A stretch of DNA of 64,000 bases, from NCBI GenBank assembly GCA_918797485.1, contig CAKKNE010000004.1, positions 1,488,001 through 1,552,000 on the forward strand, given 5' to 3'. The position numbers were made by a program, and so were the translations under genes. This DNA comes from Pelagomonas calceolata (lineage: Eukaryota). Under the pieces are notes generated by a model. It did not search any database, was not told the DNA's origin, and saw nothing but the letters and a program-made list of their open reading frames with translations. Within the stretch, counting starts at the first letter, position 1. Every line of letters begins with the position of its first letter. This document shows, one piece after another, positions 1-11,528 of this stretch.

Positions 1-1182
1 GGCGCGCGCGCAGATGCGCTGCAAACTCCCAAAGGCCTCGACGAAGGGCGCGCGCGCGAGCACCGCGCACTCGCAGTCATGATCCGCGACGACCGACGCC
101 GTGCGCGCGTCGTCGCCCAACAACGCCATCTCCCCGAAGTAGTTGCCCGGCTCCAAACTGCCCACGACGCGCCTTTCGGATCCGACCTCGACGCGCGCGC
201 GGCCCCTCCTTAGTACATAAAACGCGTCGCCAACGTCGCCCTGCCGCACGATGACCTCGCCCGCCTCGTAGGACTTCGTGGCGAAGAGGTCGGCGCACCT
301 CCTCCGCTCCTCCTCGGTAAGCTTCCCGAGGACCTCGACACTCGAGAGCACGCGCCTTCTCAAATTCGCATCCAGCAACGCCGCGACGGGCCCCAGCCGG
401 GCCTCGACGCGCCTTCGGTCGACTTTGAGGAGCACGCAGGCCGTGCGCGCGCGGACGTCGGCCGCTCTAAATTGATCCCTGAGCAGCGCGCGCTCTCCAA
501 AATATTCGCCCTGGCGCAGGACCAGGTCCCGCATCTGGACCTCGCCCGTCCCGATGTTCGTGCAGTCGACCGTGCCCTCGAGAATACAAAACATCGTCGC
601 GCCCGTCGCGCCCTTCTTCACAATCTCCTCGCCGGCCTGGACATTGGTCTCCTCGGCGGCGAGGGCAGCCACATCCAACTGCGCCTCCGTCAGGCCCTCG
701 AGCAGCCCGACGCGCGCGAGCGCCGCCGCCGCGCGGCGGTGCCGCGCGGCCGCGGCCGCGGCGACGCACCGCCGCGCCGCCGCCGCGTCGACCCGCCACG
801 CGGCGCCGCCGGGCGGCGCCGCGCCGTCCGCGGCGCGGGGCGCGGGGCCCAGCAGCGCCTCGCCGCCTATTACATTTCCCGCGTCGCCGACGACGAACGC
901 CGCCTCGCCGACGTCGCCCGCCCGGTGCGGGCGCGGCGCGCCCGCGGCCGTCGCGCGCGCGGCCGCCGCCGCGGCCGCCTCCGGCGGCGCCCGCGCGAAG
1001 AGGCGCGTGCCCTTGGCGAGCGCCTCCGCGATGGCGCGCTGCTGCGCCGGCGTCGGCCCGCCGGGCGGCGGCGGCGGCAGCGCCGCGGCGGCGTCGACGG
1101 CGCCGCCGTAGACGTAGCGCCCGGCGGCGCGCGCCTTCTTCGCGGGAGCGCGCTCCTGCGGCGCGCTCGGGGCGCAGCCCAT
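1..1182 (-). CDS. Cyclic-nucleotide-binding protein (PKG / PKA-regulatory-like N-terminus), 3'-partial
   Basis: Absent from the ORF track because it runs off the window. Manual translation from ATG 1182 gives MGCAPSAP..., then two clear cNMP domains (IVKKGATGATMFCILEG...GEYFGERALL..RAADVRA; IVRQGDVGDAFYVL...PGNYFGEMALL..RTASVVA). Confidence 0.8.
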   Translation of the reverse strand, partial: MGCAPSAPQERAPAKKARAAGRYVYGGAVDAAAALPPPPPGGPTPAQQRAIAEALAKGTRLFARAPPEAAAAAAARATAAGAPRPHRAGDVGEAAFVVGDAGNVIGGEALLGPAPRAADGAAPPGGAAWRVDAAAARRCVAAAAAARHRRAAAALARVGLLEGLTEAQLDVAALAAEETNVQAGEEIVKKGATGATMFCILEGTVDCTNIGTGEVQMRDLVLRQGEYFGERALLRDQFRAADVRARTACVLLKVDRRRVEARLGPVAALLDANLRRRVLSSVEVLGKLTEEERRRCADLFATKSYEAGEVIVRQGDVGDAFYVLRRGRARVEVGSERRVVGSLEPGNYFGEMALLGDDARTASVVADHDCECAVLARAPFVEAFGSLQRICARA

Positions 1183-1717
1183 GTGCAGTCTCGGGGTGAT
1201 CGGTCGTCCAGCTGTCGAACCGGTCGATCGATGCGTCGATCGATGCGGGCGCTCCCGCAAATAAAAGTCTCGGTTTATTGAGAATCCAAGGCAGTCCTAT
1301 CAGTCCTCCCAAAGTGATTGTAGCAGCCGAGAAATCTAGTGGGTCTAAACTAGCTCAATTACGGGAACGACACCCGCACGCTTCGGCGGATTCGTGGGCA
1401 CGCCGGGCGGCTCCGGCGTGCGACACATGGCTCCTTTCCTTCCTCTCCAGCGCTAGTGGGGCCGTCCGCGGCGGCTCGCGGGGGCCATTTCCCTCAGCAC
1501 TCCGCCAAGCTCCCACCCCAAGAGCAGGCCTCCGGAGGGATCGGGCGGAGAGGCCTAGGAGAGGCGGGTCCCTGGTTTACAAGACCGACACCCCTACTCT
1601 TTGTCAGCGACTTCGAGACGAGGCCTCTCACCGCGCTCGCCGCGCCCGCGCGTCGACGCGCAGTTACGGTTGAGAACAACCCAACCGTGTACAACACCAA
1701 GGCGCAGCAAAGACAAA

Positions 1718-3387
1718 ATGCAACCCTTACTCAGCCGAGGCGCCCGGCCGCTGGCCAAACACGCTAGAGCCATGAGCGGCAAGGAGATCAACTTCGGGAC
1801 GGAGGGGAGAGCGCTCATGTTAAGGGGCGTGGACCAGCTCGCGGACGCCGTGAGCGTGACCTTGGGCCCGAAGGGCCGGAACGCGATTCTCGACCAGCCG
1901 TACGGAGCGCCCAAGATAACGAAGGACGGCGTCACCGTAGCCAAGAACATCGAGTTCAAGGATAGGTTCGAGAACATGGGCGCGCAGCTCGTGCGGCAGG
2001 TGGCGACGCGCACGAACGACGCGGCCGGCGACGGCACCACGACGGCCACCGTCCTGACGAGGGCCATCTTCGCGGAGGGCGTCAAGGCCGTGGCCGCCGG
2101 CATGAACCCCTCGGACCTGAGACGTGGCATCCGGGCCGCCGCCCACCAAGTCGTCAAAGAGATCGAAGCGATAGCCAAACCGATTTCGTCGCGCGAGGAG
2201 ATCGCGCAGGTCGCGACGATCTCCGCCAACTCCGAGCGGGAGATCGGCGACTTGATCAGCGAGGCCATGGAACGGGTGGGCAAGGAGGGCGTCATCACCG
2301 TGAACGACGGCAAGACGCTCGACAACGAACTAGACGTCGTCGAGGGCATGAAGTTCGACCGGGGCTACATCTCGCCCTACTTCGCGACCGACCCCAAGAC
2401 GCAGGTTTTCGATGTCGAGGACCCCCTGATACTGCTGGTCGAGAAGAAGGTTTCGTCGATCCAGTCGATCGTGCCGTTGCTCGAGACGGTCGTCAAGGCG
2501 CAGCGGCCCCTGTTGGTCGTGGCGGAGGACGTGGAATCCGAGGCCCTGGCGACGCTCGTCGTGAACAAGCTGCGGGCGGGCATCAAGGTCTGCGCGGTCA
2601 AGGCCCCCGGCTTCGGCGACAACCGGCGCGAGACGCTCCAGGACCTCGCCGCGCTGACGGGCGCCACGGTCGTCTCGGACGACGTCGGCCTGAAGCTCGA
2701 GCAGGCGACGCTCGACCACCTCGGGAGCTGCAAGCGGTGCACCGTGTCGAAGGACGACGCGATCGTGCTCGACGGCGGCGGCGCGCGGGCCGACGTCGAG
2801 GCGCGCTGCGACGCCATACGGGACTTGATCGCTGCCAGCACATCGGACTACGAGCGCGAGAAGCTCCAGGAGCGCCTCGCGAAGTTGGGAGGGGGCGTCG
2901 CCGTCATCAAGGTCGGCGGCGCGTCGGAGGTCGAGGTCAGCGAGAAGAAGGATCGGGTCGTCGACGCGCTGAACGCGACGCGCGCGGCCGTCGAGGCGGG
3001 CGTCGTGCCCGGCGGCGGCCGCGCGCTGCTCCACGCGTCGACGCGCCTCGACGCGGTGATGGCCTCGGCGGAGAACCTCGACCAGCGCGTCGGCGCGGAG
3101 ATCGTGCAGCGCGCGCTGCGCGCGCCGGCGGCCAGAATCGCGGAGAACGCCGGCGCCGAGGGCGCCGTCGTCGTCGGCGAGCTCCTCAAGGAGGCCGACG
3201 CGACGCGCGGCTACGACGCCGCCGCCGGCGAGTACGTCGACCTGTACGCGGCGGGCATCGTGGACCCGGCCAAGGTCGTCAAGACCGCCGTGACGGACGC
3301 GCAGTCCGTCGCCGCGCTCATGATGACGGCCGAGGCCTTCGTCGCGGACCTGCCCCCCGACCCGAGCGAGGCGGCGGCGGGGCCGCC

Positions 3388-3424
<37 letters not shown>

Positions 3425-3430
3425 ATGTAG
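1718..3430 (+). CDS. HSP60: Mitochondrial chaperonin 60
   Basis: GroEL family motifs [30 protein letters not shown]-terminal GGM repeats; short basic presequence from ATG 1718. Confidence 0.97.
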
Positions 3431-3477
3431 GCCCGCCGCGCCCCCCCGGCCCCACTAGGACAACTACTATGAACACC

Positions 3478-3783
3478 CTACCGCGGGGGGCGCGGCGCGT
3501 CGTGGGGCATCCGCGGGACCGCGCGCGCGACGTAGGGCCCGAGCGCGCGGCCGCCGGGCGCCGGCGCGACGAGCCGGACGACGCGGGCGGCGTCGACGAC
3601 GAAGCGGCCGGCGCGCGTGCGGCGGCCCGTCGGCCGCGCGCCGCTGCCCTTGGCGCAGCCCTTGCCCGCGCGCTTCGGCGTCAGGGGCAGGCGCTTCGCG
3701 CGCGCGCGCGGCAGGTACTTGCTGAAGGCGCGGCCGGCCGGCGGCGGCGGGCCGCGCGCCGCGAGCCGGGCGAGGGCCAGCAT
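3478..3783 (-). CDS. MRPL41: Mitochondrial ribosomal protein mL41 (MRP-L27 family)
   Basis: RLPLTPKRAGKGCAKGSGARPTG...GRFVVD...LGPYVA matches the mL41 pattern; presequence-like N-terminus. Confidence 0.8.
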   Translation of the reverse strand: MLALARLAARGPPPPAGRAFSKYLPRARAKRLPLTPKRAGKGCAKGSGARPTGRRTRAGRFVVDAARVVRLVAPAPGGRALGPYVARAVPRMPHDAPRPPR

Positions 3784-4427
3784 TCCTGTTGCGTGTCGAC
3801 ACCTTAGGCTTTTTGCGGTGCCTCGCGCGACGGCTGGATGCGTCGCTGGCGGGACGGCCTGCTGAGCGAGTGCTGCTCTGCCCCAACGCTCGCTGTCTTT
3901 CCTCGCCTAGACCCCCTGCCCGTGGACTATTGTCTTTGTTTTTTGGAAGTTGCAATCCTGTCTTGCTACTTACTGTCTGCTCTGTCTTAACATCTAGTGT
4001 CTTTAACATACTACCTATTTATTTTTCATGGTGATATTTGTATCTAGACCCCTCAAGTTTTTGATTGATGTGTATTAGGATTGATCTTTGATGTATTTTT
4101 GCGTTTTCCTCCCCCTCCTATTCCTTCCCCCCTTTTCCCTTCCACTAGTCCGACCCACGTGTTTTTGTTGAGGTGGCCTAAGTCGGCGTGGACACGGCAC
4201 GATGGAGGAAATAAATCTCACAGATGCAACACTGAACCAGATCGCAAAGTGGGTCCGGCAATTTAACCTACCAGACACATTAGTAGGGCATTTTGAGTCA
4301 AGAAAACTCAAAACTCGAAGCCTCTTATTTTTTCATCGATAATAAAGCGGCTGAAAAAGCGCGGAACGACCGAACTAAAAGACCTCAAGTTCACCCTTCT
4401 AGAGATCGTAGCGATCAACAACAACAT

Positions 4428-7048
4428 TCAAGAAAACAAAGGCAAATTCGAGTACGAAGAGGTGCCGGAGGCCACCGCCCGGACGAGGTCCGCGAGCGCG
4501 CGCGCCAGCGGCGGCGGCGGCGCCCCGGCCGCGCGCCAGGCGAGGGCGAGGGCCGGGAGTGCCCTCGCGGCGCGCTCGTCGAGCGCGCCGGGCTCGGCCG
4601 CCGCGACGGCGAGCACCGCCCGCCCCGCGCGCGCGAGGGCTACTGCGTCGACCTCGCGCCCGAGGACCTCCAACCACGCGCCCAATACACCCGGAGCGGC
4701 CACGGCGCGCGCGACGACGGGTCCCAGCTCGGGGCGCCCCGCCTGCGCGATCAAAGGCATCGAGACGACGCCGCGGCGATGGCGTATCTCCGCGCAATCG
4801 AGGTGTCAAGTGAAGAATCAACGAAAGTCTCTGGGACGCCGCGACGCACCAGTCGGGCGAGCGCCGCGGCGGCGACCTCGACGGCAGCCGGCAGCGCGAG
4901 GCCGGCGACGAGTGCGTCGGCGGCGCCCCGCAGGTGGCCGAGGGCCTCCGGCGGGAGCGCCGCGCCGACCTCGCCGAGCGCCCAGCAGAGGCTCCAGGCC
5001 GCGTCGCCGTCGCCCTCGGCCGCCGCGCGCGCCGCGCGCTCCACGAGGAGCGGCGCGAGGCGCGCGAGCGGCGACGCGTCGGCCAGTCCCTCGCGCGCCG
5101 CGGCCGCGCCCGCGACGTCCGCGGCGGCGGCGGCGGCCTCCGCCGGGGCGCCGGCGAGCGCGGCGGCCAGCGCTCGCCAGCCGCCGCACGCCTCGAGGTA
5201 CGCCGCGTCGCCGTCGGACGCCTCCAGCAGCGCGTCGAACGCCGCGCGCGCCACGCGCGCGGCGCCCGCGCCGGCCGCGGCCGCGCCGACCGCCGCGCAC
5301 CGCGCCGCCGCGGCGAGGCGGTCCTCAGCGCCGAGGCGCGGCGCGACGGCGCCCAGCGCCTCGAGCGCCGCGCAGCTCGAGCCTCGGGCGGCGGCCGCCG
5401 CCGCGAGCTCGCGCCACGTGTCCGGCGGGGCCGCGGCGGCGCCCGCGCCCTGCGCGCGCGCCAGCGCGGCGACCGCGCGGTAGGCGGGGCCCGCGCCTCC
5501 CGCGACGTGCGTGCCGTAGGCCAAGAACCGGAGAGCCGCGCCGAGCCGCGCGGCGTCGGCGCCGAGCCACTCGTCGAGGCCGCCGAGCAGCAGCGCCGTC
5601 GCGGCGACGAGCCGCGCCCGGCGCGGGCCCGGCGGCGCCGCGGCGGCGCCCGCCGCGCACGCGTGCACCGCGTCCGCAAGCGCGGCGGCCGCGGCCGCGC
5701 CGGCCGCGGCGCCCCGCGCGAGGAGCGGGCCGGCGAACGCGAGGCACCGGGCCGCCGCCGCGAGCACGTCCGCGTCCCTCGCGTCGATGCGCCGCGCCCC
5801 CGCGAGCACCGCGTCGACGTACGCCGCGGCGCCGAGCGCGCCGGCCGCCGCCGCGAGGCACCACCCTATAAACTCGTCGCGGAGCCACCGGTACGCGTCC
5901 CCCTCGAACCGCTCGGCCCAGGCGCCGGCGTTCTCCGGGAGCGCCGCCGCGTCGTCGCCGTGGAGCGCCGCGTCCGCGCCCGCGTCCGCGTCCGCGTCCG
6001 TGGCCCCGTCGGCGAGGCCCCCGCGCGGCCACACGACGCGCGGGACGAGGCGCACCACGAGGGCGCGCGTCCGCGCCACCACGCCCGGCCCCGGGCGCGC
6101 CCCCCCAACCAACTCCGCCCACGCCGCGCAGCACGCCTCGGCCGCGGCGGCGTCCGGTCCGACGCAGCCCTCCGCGACGTCGTCGAGCACGCCGGCGGCC
6201 CAGGGCCGGGCGCCGCGGGCGGTCGCCCCGGGGTCGGCGACCGCCAGGCCCGCCGCGAACCGCCGCCTCGCGCGCGCCGCGGCGGGGTCCGCGGCCGCCG
6301 CCGCCGCGCGCGCCCGCGCGTGCGCCGCGCCCAGCGCCTCGAGCTCGGCGTCGTCGCCCGGCCGCAGGGCTCCGGCCGCGGCCGCCGCCTCCAGGACCTC
6401 GCAGGCCGCGCGGGCCGCGCCCGCGTCTCCGGACGCAGCCGCCGCGCCGACCGCGCGCGCGAGGGCGCCCCCGCCGGCGCCGAGCGGCGACGCGCCCGGC
6501 CGCTCGCCCGTGCCGCCGCGCCGCAGGCACGCGCCCGTCTCGAGCCAGCGCGCCGCGCACGCGACGGCCTCGACCGTGGCGCCGGCCCGGGCGGCCGCGT
6601 CGAGGGCCGCCGCCGCGGCGGACGCCCAGCACGCCGCGCCGTCGCCGCCGCGGTGGGGACACTCGGTCGCGAGCGCCGTCCAGCACGCGATGCCGCCGCG
6701 TTGGCCGAGCGCCAGCGCGTCGTCGAGGGCCGTGGGCGAGCGCGCGGCCGCCGCCGCAAGCGCGCGCGCGCACTGCGACCGCGCGGCCTCCGCGCAGTTC
6801 GGCGCGGTGCACACGGAAAGCGCCGTCTCCCAGTGCTCGTGCGGCAGCGCGCCTCGCCTCGCCAATGCGAGGAGGGCCGAGGACGCGAAGACCGAGACGT
6901 CGGCGCGGCACGCAGCGCATGCGCGCGCGAGCAAGTCCAAGAGGTGCGCCGGCGACGCGCTGCTGTAGGCCTCGAGCGCGCGCGGGTCTGAGGCCAAGGC
7001 CGCAGCAACGGCCTCGACTTCGTCCGTCCGCCCGCTTTGCTTGCTCAT
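4428..7048 (-). CDS. Ala-rich HEAT/ARM-repeat protein, possibly importin-beta/transportin-like; one intron at 4743-4849
   Basis: The 765-aa ORF joins the 110-aa ORF through CTG|GTGCGT...CGCAG|GCG. Helical-repeat composition with an acidic loop followed by YRWLRDEF. Family assignment is weak. Confidence 0.5.
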
Positions 7049-7249
7049 TTACTGGCTAAGCCGCTTGCATGCTTTTGTTACGGTCCAGGTGTACGGCGTC
7101 GCGCGGCGATGGTGCGCCCTTCGTGTTTGGACGTGCCGCATTTAGGTGCCCACGGTGCTGTGGGACCGAAATAGCCATTGGTTCCGTGGTCTATAAGTAG
7201 CAAGAGTATAGTCATGTAGTAGCAGGGTCCTGGATCACCAGCCGAGCGC

Positions 7250-7402
7250 TGTTCCAACCTAACTACGAGAGTGTTTTATAGCAAATTGTTGTTACACCGT
7301 AGCGTCAATAGACACTCAATGTATAGACTCAAATTTAGAGAGTGGGAGATACATATCTAGGGTAGGAAGGGCTAGTAGTAGGTTTCTCTCTCTACTCCCC
7401 CT
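7250..7402 (-). mobile_element. Possible decayed Copia 3' LTR with polypurine tract
   Basis: AT-rich block containing TAGGAAGGG, as in the family-B LTR, bordered by minus-strand AGGGGGAG (7395-7402), like the PPT at 62458. Confidence 0.3.
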
Positions 7403-7724
7403 GGACGCGCGCGTCCATCAGATGTCCTTCTACTAGAGGATGTAGCTCAGTGGTAGAATCCATGTGATAAGTGATAGGCTTCGTGCGCAACAGATTTCTT
7501 CTCGAAATGATTGTCCGTGTACACCTCTGTCAAGCGCCGCCGCGAGGAGGCCGCCGCGGCGATCCGGTCTCTTCCTGCAGACGTCCGTCGTCGGCGCACA
7601 CGAACCCGGTCGTCGACGGGCAGCTCGTACCCAAGCACCGCCGCCTAGACTAAGGATTCATAGACCGCACCTTTCCCCTGCCCCTCCTCGCCGTCCCCCG
7701 GTATAGGTGTCGCCGTCCAACGGC

Positions 7725-8030
7725 TAGGGGACTAAAAGAAACAATCCAACACACGTTGTTTGAATGCGAGGCCTTTGAGGAAGAACGGGAGGTATTTCTT
7801 TCGAGATTATACTCGGTTTGCCCCCTCGCACGGCAATTGACCGATGAGGGCCGATGTCGCTTGGTCATGGGAAACGAGTTACCCCGGGAGATCGAAAATC
7901 CGTTGTATAGATACCTTTCTGCTAGTTCGCAGCTCCGGTTGGGCGTCCTGACCGAGCGGGGAGTAGGCTCCTAGGAGCTTGTTCCTTTTTTTTAGGTCTT
8001 CCTTAATTTATTTATTTATTTATTTATTTA
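7725..8030 (+). mobile_element. 3' end of a non-LTR retrotransposon (LINE) with (TTTA)n tail
   Basis: Near-identical to 46020-46153 (ETIQHTLFECEAFEEER..., zf-RVT-like C-terminus), continuing to a stop, a short 3' UTR and TTATTTATTT repeats. Confidence 0.75.
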
Positions 8031-8159
8031 GAGGGGTAGGGGAGGGGGGCTCACGGGCCACTTGCCTTGGTACTTGCCTTGGCGCACCTGTACTGGTATG
8101 TATCCTTTTGCCGTTCGGGCTGTTTTCGCCTAACCGCCACCGCGCTAACACACAAAACG

Positions 8160-10178
8160 ATGGCGGACCCCGAGATCTTCATCGTCTCGCGGCTCAACGA
8201 CTGCTTCGGCCTGGACCTGACGCTCGTCGACTTCGACGAGAAGGCGCCGCTCGAGCTGCTCCAGCTGCTGCTCGACGTCCTCGCCGACCTCGACCCGCGC
8301 CTGCGCGGTGACGTGCGCGACGCCGGAACAGCAGAGAGCGCCGGGCGGGCGGCCGACCTCCTGCGCCTGTTAAAATATCCGCCCCTCCGCGACCGCGCCG
8401 ACGCCGACGGATACCAGAAGTGGGTCGACGCGGCCGCGGCCGGCGCCACCACCACGGTCCACCCCGCGCTGCACTGGCTGCTGGGCGACGTCGAGCGGCA
8501 CCGGACGCGCGCCTACGTCGCGCGCTTCCTCGCGCCCGTCGACGTGCCGCCGCACCTGCTCGACGACGCGGCGCTCCGCGAGGCCTTCGAGCACCACCGG
8601 GCGCTCCAGCGCGACTTCCGGGACGCCCACCGGGCGGTCGTCGCCTCGCGGGCCGCGGCGGCGCGCGGCGACGGCGGCGCGCTCCGCGCGGAGGCGCGGC
8701 AGCTCGAGGCCGAGCGCGCGCAGCTCGAGGCCAAGGTCGCGGCGCTCCGCCGGCGCGGCGCCGACGTGCCCGACTTCGACCGGCTCCTGGCGGCGACGCG
8801 GGGCCTGCGGCTGGCGCAGGACGAGGACGCGCGGCTCCGCGAGACGGCCGCGCGGCAGCGCGAGGCCGCGCGGCGCGCCGAGGCCGCGCGGGCCCTGCGC
8901 GAGGCGCGGCTCGGGCGCCTGCGCGCCGGGGTCGGCGCGGCGCGCACGGCGGACGAGCTCATCGACGTCGCGCGGCGCGACGTCGAGGCGCTCGAGCGCC
9001 AGGCCGGCGCGGCGGAGGCGGCGCGGCGCGCCCCGGCGGCGGCGGCGGCGCGGCGCGAGGACGCGGCGGAGCTCCAGCGGCGCGTGGGCCACCTCGAGGC
9101 GCGCGTCGAGGAGCTGCGGGCGCGGTGCCGCGACGCGTGCGAGGCGCGCGGCGACGCGACGCTCCGGTCCTTCCGCGCGACGGCGCAGATCGTGGCGCGG
9201 CGCCTGGCGGAGAAGAGCGCGGCCGTCGACGGCCTCGAGGTCGACCTCGAGGCCGCGCGCCGCGCGCTCGCGGCCGCGCGGAGCGCGCCCGCGGCGGGGC
9301 CGGGGGGCGGCGGCGGGCCGGACGCGCGGCGCTTCGGCGAGCGGCTGCGGCGGACGACGCGAGACTACAAGGCCAAGCAGGAGCGGCTGCGGGCGCTGCG
9401 CGGCGAGCTCGTCGTCGCGCACCGCACCGAGCGCGTGCTGCGGGGCCGCGCGGGCGACCTGGACCGATTCCTGGACGGGCTCGAGGGGGCGCGGGGCGTG
9501 CGCGGCTACCGGGGCGCGCGCGCGCGCCTCGCGGCGGCCGCGGGCCGGCAGGAGGCGAGCGACGCGGCCAAGGCCGGCGAGCTCGAGGCCGCGGCGGGCC
9601 GCGCGCGCGCGGCCGCGGGGGCGCTCCGCGCGCGCAAGGCCGAGCTCGCGCCGCGCATCGCGGCCCTGCGCGAGGCGCGCGCCGGCTTCGCCGCCGCGCG
9701 CGGCGCGTTCGAGACCAAGCGCCGCGCGTACGACGCCGTCGCGGCGGCCGCCGAGGCCGACGTGCGGCGCCTCGGGCGCGAGGCGGACGCGCACCAGGAG
9801 GCCGCGCTCGCCGAGGAGTCGCGCTTCCACTACCTGAACTGCCTCTGCGGCGTCGCGCGCGCGGCCGCCGACCGCGCGCGCGCCGAGGACGCGCGCCGCG
9901 CGGCGCCCGCCGCGGCCCCGCGGCTCCTGCCGGACTTCGCGGGCTACGCCGAGCTCTACGCGCACAAGGGCGACCGCCAGCGCGCGCTCGTCGACCAGCT
10001 CCGGCGGAGGAAGGCCGGCCTCGACCGCGGCGCCGCGCCGCGCCGCCGCCAGCGCGCGCGCTTCGAGCACCTCCGCGCGCTCCTCGCGGCGCGCCTCGCG
10101 GCGCGCGGCGCGCGCGCCCCCGACGCCGCCGCGGCCGAGTACGACCTCGGCCACGCGCGCGTCGCGCAGTTCGCGTAG
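8160..10178 (+). CDS. IFT81: Intraflagellar transport protein 81
   Basis: N-terminal CH-like domain (FIVSRLN..FGLDLTLVDFDEKAPLELLQLL; LRLLKY; RAYVARFLAPVDVP) followed by long coiled coils and EESRFHYLNC; ~670 aa. Confidence 0.88.
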   Translation: MADPEIFIVSRLNDCFGLDLTLVDFDEKAPLELLQLLLDVLADLDPRLRGDVRDAGTAESAGRAADLLRLLKYPPLRDRADADGYQKWVDAAAAGATTTVHPALHWLLGDVERHRTRAYVARFLAPVDVPPHLLDDAALREAFEHHRALQRDFRDAHRAVVASRAAAARGDGGALRAEARQLEAERAQLEAKVAALRRRGADVPDFDRLLAATRGLRLAQDEDARLRETAARQREAARRAEAARALREARLGRLRAGVGAARTADELIDVARRDVEALERQAGAAEAARRAPAAAAARREDAAELQRRVGHLEARVEELRARCRDACEARGDATLRSFRATAQIVARRLAEKSAAVDGLEVDLEAARRALAAARSAPAAGPGGGGGPDARRFGERLRRTTRDYKAKQERLRALRGELVVAHRTERVLRGRAGDLDRFLDGLEGARGVRGYRGARARLAAAAGRQEASDAAKAGELEAAAGRARAAAGALRARKAELAPRIAALREARAGFAAARGAFETKRRAYDAVAAAAEADVRRLGREADAHQEAALAEESRFHYLNCLCGVARAAADRARAEDARRAAPAAAPRLLPDFAGYAELYAHKGDRQRALVDQLRRRKAGLDRGAAPRRRQRARFEHLRALLAARLAARGARAPDAAAAEYDLGHARVAQFA

Positions 10179-10859
10179 CCGGCGGACGTCGCCCCCCCCC
10201 CCCCCCCCCGCCCCCGTCGCCCCCCTGACGCCATCCCCGGCGCCGCGCCGCGCCGGGGTAAATGGCGGGTCCGCGCGGGCCGCGAAAAAAGGTATAAACT
10301 CCTCTAGGGCCACCTGCCCTGAGGGCAGCTCACCGTAGAGGAGTTCAAACCTTTCCCCTGCCGGGGGGTGCTCCGGAAGGGTAAAAATCCATGAGGGGTG
10401 CGATGCAGGGGGAAATAGAGTGTGTAGCTCCGGACTTCCCCGGCAGCGTAGTGTAGTTGTCTAATCACTGGCAGCTGCCATTGCTTGACTCTTTGTATCT
10501 GCAATTATTTGCCTTCTGAGCATGTCCTTGTGCATCATGATCTCCTCTTCAGTGGAAGTGATACCAAGAGTATCAATTGGTGAAGAAGGATCGGGTGCTT
10601 GCATTCCTCAGCACCAGTGAGCTTCGTATGAATTCTCCAATGAGCTTATTCTGTTGCTTTACCGTAGATTTTAGCTTTGTCAACTGAGCTTCCACTTTAT
10701 CTACCTTCCCCGGGCCTATAAGCGTCCCTATCTCCCTTAGGATGGGAAGTAGCCTAGGCGGCGGGTAATACAAGTACGGGTCACGGTCACGGAACCTTGT
10801 GCTTGGATACGTCTCAGTCACGGTTGAACCTTGGGATTCTACTAGACGTGTATTTCCAT

Positions 10860-11340
10860 TGCAGGGGGCGATGGTCACGGTTTGGTTTTAACTTTAAGAC
10901 TTTTTAAACTTATAAACCAGGGTTAGTAGCCTGAGTAACTTGAAATCATGATAACTACTAGTAATCATGAACTTAATCATGATGATGATTGATTAATTAA
11001 GTAAATCTAAAAAGGAACAACTTGAACTTGAAGCCTGCCAGTGAGCTCTTACTTAAGAGCCTCAGGCTTCTTCCCGGGCCTCAGGCTGCTCAGTCAGGAT
11101 ACTACTAGTAGTACTACTTCCGAGTCGAGTGCCAGTCACGGTGCCAGGTGACGGTCACGGTCGCTGGCGTCAGTCTGAGGCCCGACCCGGGGCTGCCAGT
11201 GGCCAACCTCCGAGTCTGAGCCTGAGTGAACCGTGACCCGGCGGCCGGGCGTGACTCGGACAGCCTGACTCGGAGTCACGGTGGCCACGGCAACTTGAAT
11301 ATTTCCATCATCATGTGCCAGTGTGGAGACCACTGGGACC
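10860..11340. repeat. Dense cluster of recurrent 6-8 nt words (one of about 10 such intergenic tracts)
   Basis: Consists largely of GCCAGTG, AACTTGAA, ACTCGGA/TCCGAGT, TCACGGT, AGCCTGAG/CTCAGGCT, TACTAGTA, ATCATGAT. Confidence 0.8.
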
Positions 11341-11528
11341 GAAATTACAAAGGCGGTGGGTAAGGACGTCTAGAACGACGTCATGTGCGCCCTGCGCTTT
11401 AATCCCGTACTAGTGTTAGTACAGATGATAAGTCTGATAAGTCACGGTTGTACCTACGGTACCGTAGATACTGTATATACAATTGCTTGTACCTACGCTA
11501 GAGCACGTAACGCCCACGCCCAATCACC

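Noticed and set aside
3860..4400. AT-rich island between MRPL41 and the HEAT gene as a mobile element
   Set aside because: No terminal repeats, TSD or second copy found in the window.
7438..7457. GGATGTAGCTCAGTGGTAGA, resembling a tRNA 5' end / A box
   Set aside because: No anticodon arm, T-arm (GTTCRA) or acceptor-stem partner follows; at most a fragment.
467..10313. Many long overlapping Arg/Ala/Pro-rich ORFs on alternative frames and strands
   Set aside because: Shadow ORFs caused by the scarcity of stop codons at very high GC; one frame per locus gives a recognisable protein.
10304..10878. Short minus-strand ORFs at the GC boundary
   Set aside because: Broken by stops in all frames with no recognisable domain; possibly a decayed TE, but I cannot support a call.
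10860..11340. CRISPR-like array interpretation of the recurrent words
   Set aside because: No constant repeat length or regular spacing, no cas genes, and a eukaryotic context.
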